Shown: positions 8,577 through 18,891 of the stretch, one piece after another
Layout: each line of letters opens with the position of its first letter
How positions within the stretch are numbered: the stretch's first letter is position 1
DNA from: Spirochaetota bacterium
GTDB taxonomy: Bacteria; Spirochaetota; UBA4802; UBA5550
DNA: 64,000 nucleotides
Reading direction: 5' to 3'
Assembly (NCBI GenBank): GCA_963663865.1
Contig: OY760686.1
Coordinates: forward strand, 2,112,001 to 2,176,000
Made by a program: the position numbers and the translations under genes
Notes under the pieces: generated by a model
Databases searched by the model: none
What the model saw: only the letters and a program-made list of their open reading frames with translations
What the model was told of the DNA's origin: nothing

Positions 8577-10526
8577 TTATATCTCAGTAAGGCCTGATCT
8601 CTTTTTTCTTCCCTTTGATGCGGATGGAAGCTCAACAGATCCTGAAGCTTCGCTATCGGACTGTGCGCTATACGCTGCAGCAAAAAGATCATCACCAGTC
8701 GCTCCTTCATCGGCGAAAGACTGCGTAATATCTTCCCGCATTGTTGAACGTCTTCTGCTGTAAGTAGCGAATGCTGCATCTGCAAATCCTTTTGAAACAC
8801 TGTAAAGAAACTCATTAAGTACGTTTGACATACCCTTAAGCATATACTGCTTACGTTTAATTGTTGTTATGTCAATATCAAGGATAAGTCCCGGCTGAAT
8901 ATGATGAGGATTTACCAGATATGTAAACTGGTTGAATCTCTTCTCAAGGAAGTTTATTCTTTCATCAAGGATAACACGCTCAACGGGATTCTGATATCCA
9001 TGCATTCCTTTAAGCAGGTCTTTCAGGTAAACAAGCTTGCCTTTAAGATTTTTAATTCTCTGCTCATAAGTTCTGTTATTCTTTTCAACAAATGTATCTT
9101 CATTGTATAGCTCTCCGACCTCATTCCATATTATTGACTCAGGATCAGCCTCTCTCATTTTCTTCTCACGCTTCCAATCCTTATTCATGAGTCTGCCGGC
9201 GAGATCATCAAAATCCTTCAGAGATCTAAATCTCTTTCTGGATTCATAATAAGCATGGACTACTTCCCAAACTGCCATTATCTCAGTTGTGAATGCCGAC
9301 ATTTGCTTGTCGTACTCTTTTTTCTCCTCTCTAAGCTGATTCTGATCGAGAAATGCGAGCCTCATTCCATATCTTTCATCAGGCAGAAGAGTGTGATCTA
9401 CCTCTTCATATTCTCGAATATTACATACCCTTGCGTTTTTCATGTTATCGCAAACCTGATATCCGAGTTTACTTGTATCGAGAATTGAAGTTATCGAGTT
9501 AATACATGTGTTGTATCCCCTGTTTCGAATATTCTCTTCATCAATTATATGCTTGATATTCTCACGGATATTCAGCGGGTCAAACTCATCAAGATCTATC
9601 TCGGCTCTAAGGCCCTCAATTTTATCAAGGAATTTTTTAGCGAGGATAGTATATCGTTTCGATTTCTCATCCTCTTTCTCGTCGTCAGTGAATCCCTCTA
9701 TTCTCTTAACTTTTTCAAACATTTTCTCGGCAGCTGTAAGTTCATTCTTTCCCTGATCGACGAGCTCATCATTAAATTGCTGAACCTGTCTGTCGATAAG
9801 ATCCTGGATATGCTTCTGGATCGCATCTTTCATCAGAGCTTCTACAGTTGTCTGATAATGGTACATTGGACTAACAAGCTCACTGTCGAGAATGTTAATT
9901 GAAAGTTTAACATCATAAACATATTTAGGACGGAGTTCATTGTCTTTAAAAACGCATTTTAGAATCGCGTAGGCGTTCTCGCCTCTGACGAAAGCTCCAA
10001 CATCTGTCTTCTGTCTTAAAATTGCGTTTGTTTCTGTTTCCAGATCATTTACACCTCTCTGAATATGTCCCTGAAGGTGGCCATACATGTTTACAATGGA
10101 CTTTTCTATCTCACCGGTATGAAACTTGTCAGCGCCGCCAATTTTGTCCAGCATCTCGACAATCTCTTTCGGTGTATACCTGGCAAGACCCTTTGATTCT
10201 TCTTTATCAACAAAGTCCCTGACCTTTTTGATAAACTCATCTTCCATTGTAACCGTGTAGCGGTTAAACATATTAACATATGTCTGGTTGATGTAGTTAT
10301 AAAGCTTCTCCTTCAAACCGCCCATTACATCAAGCTTTTCAAGGACTTCGTCCGGGAGCTTGGTAAGAACCTGATTTAAAATCTTGTCAGCTGTTTCATC
10401 AACGATCAGCTTTCCTTCTTCTACCTTATTTCGGCCTTCCTGTGCCAGTGATTCCCTTGAACCAACCGCATTGGGAATGGTAGGGTGGACTTTATTCGGG
10501 CTTTTTGGAAATTGAGTTAAAGACAT
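8577..10526 (-). CDS. cfpA: cytoplasmic filament protein A
   Basis: N-terminus FPKSPNKVHPTIPNAVGSRESLAQ matches spirochete CfpA; ETNAILRQKTDVGAFVRGENAY, ENIRNRGYN; coiled-coil rich; AAGGAGG RBS. Confidence 0.93.
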   Translation of the reverse strand: MSLTQFPKSPNKVHPTIPNAVGSRESLAQEGRNKVEEGKLIVDETADKILNQVLTKLPDEVLEKLDVMGGLKEKLYNYINQTYVNMFNRYTVTMEDEFIKKVRDFVDKEESKGLARYTPKEIVEMLDKIGGADKFHTGEIEKSIVNMYGHLQGHIQRGVNDLETETNAILRQKTDVGAFVRGENAYAILKCVFKDNELRPKYVYDVKLSINILDSELVSPMYHYQTTVEALMKDAIQKHIQDLIDRQVQQFNDELVDQGKNELTAAEKMFEKVKRIEGFTDDEKEDEKSKRYTILAKKFLDKIEGLRAEIDLDEFDPLNIRENIKHIIDEENIRNRGYNTCINSITSILDTSKLGYQVCDNMKNARVCNIREYEEVDHTLLPDERYGMRLAFLDQNQLREEKKEYDKQMSAFTTEIMAVWEVVHAYYESRKRFRSLKDFDDLAGRLMNKDWKREKKMREADPESIIWNEVGELYNEDTFVEKNNRTYEQRIKNLKGKLVYLKDLLKGMHGYQNPVERVILDERINFLEKRFNQFTYLVNPHHIQPGLILDIDITTIKRKQYMLKGMSNVLNEFLYSVSKGFADAAFATYSRRRSTMREDITQSFADEGATGDDLFAAAYSAQSDSEASGSVELPSASKGRKKRSGLTEI

Positions 10527-10705
10527 TTATGAATCCTCCTTTTCAAACAATTAAACGAGTGTAAAGCGTTAAAAGAGATAAAACTGTTTCAATACATTTA
10601 TTTTGTATATTTACACTATCAGGATAATTAATGTCAAGATTTATTTGCAATTAATCACGAGATAGAATTATTAATTTACACGGGCTTCATAATCCCTTAT
10701 CGGCC

Positions 10706-11806
10706 TTATGAAGCAAAATATTTAAAAGTATAGTTTTTAACCTTAAAAACATCGCCGTCTTCAATAAAGCCCTTATCCTCAGAATTTTTAAACTCCACCT
10801 TAATTCCTTCAGGAACGAGCAATGACAGAGAGATTCCCCCTTTTGCTCCACGGACAGCCTTAAGAGCGAATGAAGCTCTTGCGGCGAACTCTCTGATATT
10901 TAGATGACAACCGGCTCCTTTTCCAATTACTATGACCCTGGAGTTAAACCTGTTAATGTCAAAGTGCTCAACAACTGGATTTAATATTTCATTATTCCAG
11001 TATTCAATCCTGCCATGCGCCTTGAGCTGCGAAAATCTTCTGATAAGCACTATCAATATTATAAGAATTATTATAATAGCTGCTATTATTCCGGCCCCTG
11101 CAATTTCCGAAGAAGACACGCTTCTCGAATCTACGGCTGCTTCAACCTTCTCAAGGCCCTTTAGCGGCTCGTCGCTTGCATCAATGACTCTGACATTACC
11201 CTTTACCGAAGCAGCATCGCCATCACCAGCAGCCCCCTGACTGCCCGCCTTTTCTTGATCGCTTTTCCCTTTTTTTAAACCGGCATAATCCACAATATAT
11301 ACCCACCAATCCTTTCCTTCATAATGGTCGGCTATGTTCTTGATATTTGCCCTTCTTGCGGAACCGGGTGAAGGATCGTCGATACCGTCAGTCATAACTA
11401 CAATAACAACCTGTGAATCGGGATTGTCCATTTCAAGCTCGGCCGCCCTTCTGCGAACTTCTTCAATCATCATCGCGGTATTTGTCCATTTCCCGCGGGT
11501 GGTTGTCATTTTTATAAACTTTTTCAGGATATCCTTGTCGTTTTTGTCCTCGATTTTGACCGTTGGGTATACCTTTACCCTCTCATCAAATGTAACAAAA
11601 GTAACATTATCTGAGTTTGAGAGGCCATCAATGTATGACGATATACTCTCCTTTACCTGATTAATTATGTCCTTGCCTCCCGAGCCGGCCATGCTGTAGG
11701 ATGAGTCCAGGACAAGTATGACGTTTCTGTCCTTTGCCAAAAGCTCAACACCCAAAATCGGGATAACAAGCACAGCAAGGAAAAGGATACTCAATACTTT
11801 CTTCAT
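10706..11806 (-). CDS. VWA-domain membrane protein with cytoplasmic FHA-like C-terminal beta domain
   Basis: Signal peptide; MIDAS DSSYSM, T, VMTDG; TM helix; C-terminal VIVIGKG…IEDGDVFKVKNYTFKY. Confidence 0.8.
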   Translation of the reverse strand: MKKVLSILFLAVLVIPILGVELLAKDRNVILVLDSSYSMAGSGGKDIINQVKESISSYIDGLSNSDNVTFVTFDERVKVYPTVKIEDKNDKDILKKFIKMTTTRGKWTNTAMMIEEVRRRAAELEMDNPDSQVVIVVMTDGIDDPSPGSARRANIKNIADHYEGKDWWVYIVDYAGLKKGKSDQEKAGSQGAAGDGDAASVKGNVRVIDASDEPLKGLEKVEAAVDSRSVSSSEIAGAGIIAAIIIILIILIVLIRRFSQLKAHGRIEYWNNEILNPVVEHFDINRFNSRVIVIGKGAGCHLNIREFAARASFALKAVRGAKGGISLSLLVPEGIKVEFKNSEDKGFIEDGDVFKVKNYTFKYFAS

Positions 11807-11888
11807 TTTACCTCTCCTTAAAATGGGTTTGTAGAACCTGAACCAGCACTCACATAACCAGGTGCAGGCAGCTCAGGATACGAAATAA

Positions 11889-12644
11889 TCAATATTCCCT
11901 GTAAGTCTTTTCTGTTCTCACGTATTTTCTAAAATCAATCTCAACTTCAGACTTTACATCAAGATACTCATTCATCAAAATAAAAAACCACATCATTGTG
12001 TCTTCCTGAGTTTCGAGAGCTATAAAGGATCTGGGCTCCCTCCAATTTTTTACTATTATACCTTTATCCGCAATCATCATAATATCAAATTCGTGTTCAC
12101 TATCAATATTGTTATTCGTATAATAATTCAGGATATCATTCTTTATTTCCATCATTCCGCTTGAGGTCCCGCCGGCGATTACAAATGATGGAACACGAAC
12201 GTTTCTGCCGCTCTCTTCATCAGAATACATTGACAGTTTTTTAACCCCGCTGACCCGATTGACAACTTCCTGAAGATTCTTTTTATCTAGATTATCCACG
12301 GCAAAAACTGCCCCGCGAACAATCGAAAAAGGGACACATCCATCCATAATCTTTACTATGTCTCTGCAATATGGATGAAATATCAGCAAATCGGCACCGT
12401 CTGGAGCGAACCCTCCGGCATCAACCGGCCGAGCTGAATCAATAGCAAGATTTGCAGGGATAATACCGCTCAAACTCTCTTTAAGTGATTTCATGTCGAT
12501 CTTGACGGACGTCTTCTTTGACTCGGTCCGTGGCTTTGCCTTTACACCCTTCTTTACAGCGGAGGATGTCTTTTTCGAGGCCGATGCCCTATCTGATTTT
12601 TTTACAGCTTTTTTTAAGAAATTGGCAAAATACTTTTTAAACAT
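11889..12644 (-). CDS. DUF6602-like (PD-(D/E)xK fold) protein with Lys-rich N-terminus
   Basis: ADLLIF…VPFSIVRGAVFAVDNLDKKNL…VSGVKKL pattern; first ~50 aa Lys/Ser/Ala rich. Confidence 0.55.
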   Translation of the reverse strand: MFKKYFANFLKKAVKKSDRASASKKTSSAVKKGVKAKPRTESKKTSVKIDMKSLKESLSGIIPANLAIDSARPVDAGGFAPDGADLLIFHPYCRDIVKIMDGCVPFSIVRGAVFAVDNLDKKNLQEVVNRVSGVKKLSMYSDEESGRNVRVPSFVIAGGTSSGMMEIKNDILNYYTNNNIDSEHEFDIMMIADKGIIVKNWREPRSFIALETQEDTMMWFFILMNEYLDVKSEVEIDFRKYVRTEKTYREY

Positions 12645-12789
12645 ATATCAATCCTCATTTTGACCAGTCAAACTCATTTAGGACTTTCCCGTTTCAACTG
12701 TTAAACAAAGTAGTTTATAAAAAGTCGAGAAACTGTCAATGAATAAAAAAAAAGTTGCCATATCTGGTGGTATTTTTTTGAATGTTTAT

Positions 12790-12963
12790 GCCTGCATTGC
12801 AGGTGATAGATCAGTCGTATTTTTGAGCCAATACTATACGACTCGGGATCCTTATATCCGGATCACATGGTCAAGCTTCCTTGAGGAGAAGGCCGGACTT
12901 TCCGTGCGGGAACCCACCTGGTTTACCAGGTTCAAAAATCCTCATCTACACGGCAATGCGGGT
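12790..12963 (+). ncRNA. ssrS: 6S RNA (probable)
   Basis: ~174 nt; closing stem GCCTGCATTGC/GCAATGCGGGT; internal TTTTTGAGCC pairing with GGTTCAAAAA; GAACCCACC motif; followed by a terminator. Confidence 0.75.
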
Positions 12964-12983
12964 TTTAATAATCGCAAACCAAT

Positions 12984-13015
12984 AAAAAAAGCGGCCCATT
13001 CAGGCCGCTTTTTTT
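12984..13015. terminator. bidirectional intrinsic terminator (6S RNA / nifJ)
   Basis: A7-GCGGCC-cattca-GGCCGC-T7. Confidence 0.9.
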
Positions 13016-13016
13016 G

Positions 13017-16000
13017 TTATTTCCCAGCAAGTTTCTTATACGTCTCATATCTCCACCTGGCGTTCTCTTCAGCAGCCTTGAAAAGCTCCTGAGCCTGCTC
13101 AGGGAATTGTTTTTTAAGAGTTGTATATCTAACTTCTCCGGAAAGAAATTCCTGGAATTTAGACCAATCCGGCTCCTTTGAATCAAGACTGAAAGGATTT
13201 TTCCCTTCAGCTTCAAGCATCGGATTGTACTTCCACAGATGCCAGTATCCGCATTCAACCGCAAGCTTTGACTCCATCTGCGTCTTGCCCATTCCATTTC
13301 TGAGTCCATGGTTAATACACGGAGAGTAAGCAATTACGAGTGACGGCCCCGGATATGCTTCTGCTTCTTTCAGGACTTTGAGATACTGCGCCTGATTGGC
13401 CCCCATAGCAACCTGTGCTACATAGACATATCCGTAAGAAACTGCCATCATACCCAGATCTTTCTTTCTGATCTTCTTACCGGATGCGGCAAATTTTGCA
13501 ACAGCGCCTGTCGGGGTTGACTTTGAAGACTGTCCGCCTGTATTTGAGTAAACCTCAGTATCGAGTACAAGAACATTAATGTCGTCGCCTGAAGCAAGCA
13601 CGTGGTCAAGACCGCCGTAACCGATATCGTAAGCCCATCCGTCACCGCCGATGACCCATACCGATCTTTTCGCAAGATGCTCCTTCATTTCAAGTATAGC
13701 CTTCGCCCTGGGACTTCCATCCTTTCCAAGAAGCTCTATCAGCTTTACCGAAGCCTTTTTAGACTCCTCTCCTTTGTCGGCCACTGCTATAAATTCATCG
13801 ACAGCTGTTTTCAGCTCACCGGAAGCGTCTGCTGAGAAATCCTGAACGAGTTTCAGAACTCTGTTCCTCATATGTTCAGCTGCGATCTGCATTCCGTAAC
13901 CGTACTCGGCATTGTCTTCAAAAAGTGAACTCGCCCAGGCAGGTCCCTCTCCACATGAATTCTTGCAGTAAGGTGTTGAAGGCGCTGATCCTCCATAAAT
14001 TGATGAACAGCCTGTAGCATTTGCTATCATCATTCGATCGCCGAAAAGCTGAGTGATGAGCTTTATGTACGGAGTCTCTCCGCACCCGCCGCATGCTCCT
14101 GAAAATTCAAAAAGCGGCTGAGCGAACTGGCTGCCTTTGACAGTCGCTGTAGAAACATAGTTTGTTTTATATGTGACATTTTTTGTAAAGTAGTCCCATC
14201 TTTCTTTCTCAGGAAGCTGCGACTCAAGGGACTTCATAACCAGCGCTTTTTCTTTCGCCGGGCAAACATCGGCACAGTTGCCGCATCCCGTACAGTCAAG
14301 CGGACTGATCTGAATCTTGAACTTGAGGTTCTCCAGTCCTTTACCGACAGCCTTCAGAGTCTTTGTATCAGCAGGAAGCCCGGCTTCCTCCTTCTCATCA
14401 ATCAGGAAAGGCCTGATTACTGCATGAGGACAGACATAGGCGCACTGATTACACTGAATACAGTTATCAGCAATCCACTCAGGAACATGAACAGCTATTC
14501 CCCTCTTCTCATACTCTGTTGTACCGGCAGGGAATGTCCCGTCAGGATATTGAGCAAAAGCGCTTACAGGAAGATTATCTCCATCCTGTCTGTTAACCGG
14601 ATCACAGATATTCTTGATAAAATCAGGTACGTCAGTTCTTACCGGAAGACCTGAGGCTTTAAGCGATTTCCATTCAGCCGGAACATCAACTTTGACTAAC
14701 CCGTCTGCTCCTCTGTCAACAGCACTGTTGTTCATATTTACAATCTGGTCGCCCTTCTTACCGTATGACTTCTTTATGGCGTCTTTCATATAAGATACTG
14801 CAGCATCATAAGGGATAACATTAGCCAGTTTAAAGAATGCTGACTGCATAATCGTATTGGTCCTGTTGCCTAATCCTATCTCCTCAGCAATCGCAGTAGC
14901 GTTGATAATGTAGAAATTTATCTCATTATCAGCAAGATACTTCTTCACTGAATCAGGAAGCTTTTTCTTTGTCTCTTCGGCATCCCATATACTGTTAAGC
15001 AGGAATGTTCCGCCTTTACGCAGCCCCTTGAGCATGTCGTACTGTTCAACATAAGCAGTAACCGAACATGCCACATAGTGAGGAGATGTGATCAGATAAG
15101 TTGACCTGATAGGCTTCTTTCCAAAGCGTAGGTGCGAAATTGTTATACCGCCGGATTTTTTTGAGTCGTATGCAAAGTAGGCCTGAGCGTACATATCAGT
15201 ATTATCGCCAATAATCTTGATTGAGTTCTTGTTCGCCCCTACAGTTCCATCTGACCCGAGTCCATAGAACTTCGCTTCAAAGATTCCTTCAGCTCCGGCT
15301 TCAACGTTTTCTCCTACCGGCAATGATGTAAAAGTTACATCATCAACGATTCCCAGAGTGAACTGATTCTTGGGCTCAGAAAGCTTGAGGTTCTCATATA
15401 CCGAAATAATTTGAGCCGGAGTCGTATCCTTTGAGCTCAATCCGAATCTTCCGCCTACAATCAGAGGAGCATTTTCTCTTCCGTAGAACACATCACGAAC
15501 ATCAAGGTACAGCGGCTCGCCATTAGCGCCCGGCTCCTTCGTTCTGTCGAGTACTGCGATTCTTTTGACTGATTTGGGAAGCACATTCAGCAGGTATTTA
15601 GCTGAGAAAGGCCTGTACAGATGCACAGATATAAGACCTGTTTTCTCACCCTTTGCGGCAAGGTAATCAATCGTTTCCTTGATTGTTTCGGTTACTGAAC
15701 CCATTGCAATAATAATGTTTTCCGCATCCGGAGCCCCGTAATAAGTAAACGGATGATATTCACGTCCGGTAATCTTACTGATCTCCTTCATGTAGTCTTC
15801 GACCATATCAGGGACAGCATTGTAGAAAGGATTCGCTGCTTCTCTTGCCTGGAAGTAAATATCAGAGTTCTGGGCAGTTCCTCTTGTAACAGGATTCATC
15901 GGGCTGAGGGCCCTCTGCCTGAATTCATCCAGAGCTTTCCTGTCAACGAGCTTTTCGAGATCGCTGTAATCCAAAACTTCGATTTTCTGAATCTCGTGCG

Positions 16001-16535
16001 ATGTTCTGAAACCGTCGAAGAAATGCATGAAAGGCACGCGGGATTTTATAGAAGCCAGGTGAGCGACGCTCGACAGATCCATAACCTCCTGGACGCTTCC
16101 GCTTGCCAGCATAGCGAAACCGGTTTGGCGGGCAGCATAAACATCTGCATGATCACCAAAGATTGACAGCGCATGAGCAGAAAGCGACCTTGCGGTTACA
16201 TGAAAAACACCGGGAAGAAGTTCTCCGGATATCTTGTACATGTTTGGTATCATCAGAAGCAGACCTTGTGACGCTGTGAACGTTGTAGTAAGCGCTCCTG
16301 TCTGCAGCGAGCCGTGAACAGTTCCCGAAGCTCCAGCCTCAGACTGAAGCTCAATAACCTTTACTTCTTCGCCGAAAATATTTTTTTTGCCATATGCGGC
16401 CCACTCATCAACGTGTTCAGCCATAGGTGAAGACGGAGTGATTGGGTAGATAGCAGCAATCTCGGTGAAGGCGTAGGCGACATGGGCAGCTGCCATGTTA
16501 CCGTCCATTGACTTCATTACTTTTTTGTCCGACAT
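13017..16535 (-). CDS. nifJ: pyruvate:ferredoxin (flavodoxin) oxidoreductase
   Basis: AAIYPITPSS, QSEAGA, GLGSDGTVGANK, two ferredoxin motifs CIQCNQCAYVCP and CTGCGNCADVCP, TPP motif GGDGWAYDIG; start reassigned to MSDKK after AAGGAG. Confidence 0.97.
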   Translation of the reverse strand: MSDKKVMKSMDGNMAAAHVAYAFTEIAAIYPITPSSPMAEHVDEWAAYGKKNIFGEEVKVIELQSEAGASGTVHGSLQTGALTTTFTASQGLLLMIPNMYKISGELLPGVFHVTARSLSAHALSIFGDHADVYAARQTGFAMLASGSVQEVMDLSSVAHLASIKSRVPFMHFFDGFRTSHEIQKIEVLDYSDLEKLVDRKALDEFRQRALSPMNPVTRGTAQNSDIYFQAREAANPFYNAVPDMVEDYMKEISKITGREYHPFTYYGAPDAENIIIAMGSVTETIKETIDYLAAKGEKTGLISVHLYRPFSAKYLLNVLPKSVKRIAVLDRTKEPGANGEPLYLDVRDVFYGRENAPLIVGGRFGLSSKDTTPAQIISVYENLKLSEPKNQFTLGIVDDVTFTSLPVGENVEAGAEGIFEAKFYGLGSDGTVGANKNSIKIIGDNTDMYAQAYFAYDSKKSGGITISHLRFGKKPIRSTYLITSPHYVACSVTAYVEQYDMLKGLRKGGTFLLNSIWDAEETKKKLPDSVKKYLADNEINFYIINATAIAEEIGLGNRTNTIMQSAFFKLANVIPYDAAVSYMKDAIKKSYGKKGDQIVNMNNSAVDRGADGLVKVDVPAEWKSLKASGLPVRTDVPDFIKNICDPVNRQDGDNLPVSAFAQYPDGTFPAGTTEYEKRGIAVHVPEWIADNCIQCNQCAYVCPHAVIRPFLIDEKEEAGLPADTKTLKAVGKGLENLKFKIQISPLDCTGCGNCADVCPAKEKALVMKSLESQLPEKERWDYFTKNVTYKTNYVSTATVKGSQFAQPLFEFSGACGGCGETPYIKLITQLFGDRMMIANATGCSSIYGGSAPSTPYCKNSCGEGPAWASSLFEDNAEYGYGMQIAAEHMRNRVLKLVQDFSADASGELKTAVDEFIAVADKGEESKKASVKLIELLGKDGSPRAKAILEMKEHLAKRSVWVIGGDGWAYDIGYGGLDHVLASGDDINVLVLDTEVYSNTGGQSSKSTPTGAVAKFAASGKKIRKKDLGMMAVSYGYVYVAQVAMGANQAQYLKVLKEAEAYPGPSLVIAYSPCINHGLRNGMGKTQMESKLAVECGYWHLWKYNPMLEAEGKNPFSLDSKEPDWSKFQEFLSGEVRYTTLKKQFPEQAQELFKAAEENARWRYETYKKLAGK

Positions 16536-16792
16536 TGACATCTCCTTGATTATTTTTGTATATTTTAAAAATTTCAATCAGTCAACCCCCGGACGATCCG
16601 GCCCATCATGGCTAAACCGCAGCTCGAGCCTCAAGCCCGAAAGTCAGCAGATATTTGAAAATAATACCAGAGTTAAGCCAGCCCGCATAGAAATGACTGA
16701 CCGGCCTTACCGGTTTCTTTAAATATATGTCCATTGTCTGTAAAAGACAGTTAAAAAGTCAATGATTTTGCCCCTGATTATGTTATTTCGGC

Positions 16793-16834
16793 AAACGTAA
16801 AGGGACAGCCCAGACAGCTGCCCCCTTTACGTTT
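16793..16834 (-). terminator. hairpin/terminator after aroB'
   Basis: AAACGTAAAGGG…CCCTTTACGTTT inverted repeat. Confidence 0.65.
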
Positions 16835-16858
16835 AATGAATCTTTTTATATACTAATT

Positions 16859-17863
16859 TTACTGCTCAGTTATGGTTTCATCGACTGCCATTCCAAAATG
16901 CCTTCCGCCCGATTCAACATAGCCAAGAACCATGTCGCCAGGCTTAAGGTTTACAACGCTTACCGGACTTCCATCGGGATCAGTCAACCTTATAGTCTCG
17001 GCATTCTGTAGAACGACTGAATGCTCTCTCCCGTCGGGGTCAGAGGCATAAACAACGAGCATTGGCCGTTTCTCAACCTTCGACCTGCCCACATAGACTG
17101 TTACGGTTTCACCGCTTTTATCGACTGCAAGAACCGGATCTCCAGTCCTGAGTTCTCCGAGATAACGGGTCCTGTCATCAGGGACTTTGACGTAGGCATG
17201 CACAGCTCCGGCATTTACTCTGAAAGGCCTTGGAGCAACATACGGGTTTTCAATGTTCTCGGCATGAACGAGAAACAAACCCTGACTCGTGTTGCCGACA
17301 AGGATCCCTTGTCCCATTTCCAGATTTGTACAGGTATCCACACAAACTCTGTCACAGATTCCTATGGTTTTTACAGAGACAACTTTCATGTTGACAAGCT
17401 CAAACCTGTCTGCGGCTATTTTCTTTATATAGCGGACAACCCGACCTATCTCTGACGGATCCTCCGTCTCAAGTATTACTCCCGCAACGCCCTTTTCCAT
17501 AATCCCCGCAGCCAACACCGCATCATCGTAATTTCTAACAAACGTAAAGAGTCTTTCCCCGCCTGACGGTATAAGGTTTTCAATGGGTATGATATCCCAA
17601 TCAGTTGTTCTTACAGCAGTTATTCTTGTTTTCAATGAGGCGGAAGCCCTGTTTTCATCGTCCTTATTGTTAATCTGAATAACATCGACGTCCTGCGGAA
17701 TCGTGAGGTCTCCACCCTTGGGAGATGCAACTGCAATACGGCCGAGCTCCTTAACCTTGGGTACGAGTTCTGTTGTTGTCAGAATTACATCAACCCCAGC
17801 CTCTATTGATTCCGTCACAAGTTCCTTGTTCCATTCAGGCAAATGAAGCCAGCACTGTTTCAT
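16859..17863 (-). CDS. 3-dehydroquinate synthase II (archaeal-type AroB')
   Basis: [55 protein letters not shown]. Confidence 0.93.
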   Translation of the reverse strand: MKQCWLHLPEWNKELVTESIEAGVDVILTTTELVPKVKELGRIAVASPKGGDLTIPQDVDVIQINNKDDENRASASLKTRITAVRTTDWDIIPIENLIPSGGERLFTFVRNYDDAVLAAGIMEKGVAGVILETEDPSEIGRVVRYIKKIAADRFELVNMKVVSVKTIGICDRVCVDTCTNLEMGQGILVGNTSQGLFLVHAENIENPYVAPRPFRVNAGAVHAYVKVPDDRTRYLGELRTGDPVLAVDKSGETVTVYVGRSKVEKRPMLVVYASDPDGREHSVVLQNAETIRLTDPDGSPVSVVNLKPGDMVLGYVESGGRHFGMAVDETITEQ

Positions 17864-18624
17864 TTATTCTCTCCATGTACTATCGCTGAAATTGACTCCA
17901 TGATTTCAGTCGGACACCTGTGCTGAAATATGTTTCTTCCTATTGAAACTCCTGCGCCTCCGGCCTGAACAGCACCCTTCACCATCTCGAGAATCTCTTC
18001 ATCGGTTTCCATCTTTTCGCCGCCGGCAATGACCACCGGGACTGGACAGCCCCTTACAACCTCGGCGAAAGATTCCGGTGTTCCGGTATAATTCACTTTG
18101 ACTATATCAGCGCCAAGTTCGGCGCCTACTCTTGCCGCGTGTTTTACAACGCTCACGTCGTACTGATTTTCAATTTTAGGACCTCTTGTATACATCATAG
18201 CTAGAAGTGGCATTCCCCAGTCACGGCAGGCTCTTGAAACAAGTCCCATGCTGCTCAACATGTCTGATTCGGTGTTTGCTCCAATGTTAATGTGGATTGA
18301 CACGGCATCGGCCCCGAGTCTGACGGCTTCCTCAACGGAACACACAAGCGTCTTGGCGTTGCAGTCAACGGCAAGACTCGTGCTTGCTGAAAGATGGACT
18401 ATCAGACCTATATCCTTACCTGAATTCCTGTGCCCGCTTTCTACCAGCCCTTTATGGAGCAGTATAGCGTTGGCTCCGCTGTTGGATACACAGTCAACCG
18501 TTTCAGATATGTTCTCTATGCCGTCAATCGGCCCGACAGTAACCCCGTGGTCCATAGGAACAATAATGGTACGCCCTGTGTTACGGTTGATTATCCTCTC
18601 TAATCTTATCTTTTTCCCTATCAT
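17860..18624 (-). CDS. 2-amino-3,7-dideoxy-D-threo-hept-6-ulosonate synthase (AroA', DhnA-type class I aldolase)
   Basis: [22 protein letters not shown] (Schiff-base Lys), GRNIFQH; overlaps DHQS II gene. Confidence 0.9.
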   Translation of the reverse strand: MIGKKIRLERIINRNTGRTIIVPMDHGVTVGPIDGIENISETVDCVSNSGANAILLHKGLVESGHRNSGKDIGLIVHLSASTSLAVDCNAKTLVCSVEEAVRLGADAVSIHINIGANTESDMLSSMGLVSRACRDWGMPLLAMMYTRGPKIENQYDVSVVKHAARVGAELGADIVKVNYTGTPESFAEVVRGCPVPVVIAGGEKMETDEEILEMVKGAVQAGGAGVSIGRNIFQHRCPTEIMESISAIVHGENK

Positions 18625-18891
18625 GGATTTTCTCCGATCTTTATTTATGATGACAATTTTATGCGCAAAAAACGTATGTCAAGTCAGTATTTATATTCAT
18701 AAAAAAATGGAAACCATTTTGTTTCTATTAATAAAAACAAAATAGTTAAAAAGCTGATATAAAAACAATGACAGCATTCCATCCGGGTGATAAATGAAGT
18801 CAATCTTTAGCTTGACTTCATAGGGATATTTGCTTAATAATTGTGAAGGTTGATATCCGGCAGATAATTTGAATTTGTTTCATAACCGGTT

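Noticed and set aside
8486-8815. 109-aa ORF overlapping the cfpA 3' end
   Set aside because: Alternate frame running through the terminator; no RBS or motif
12739-13092. 117-aa plus-strand ORF
   Set aside because: Overlaps the probable 6S RNA, a terminator and the nifJ 3' end; no protein motifs
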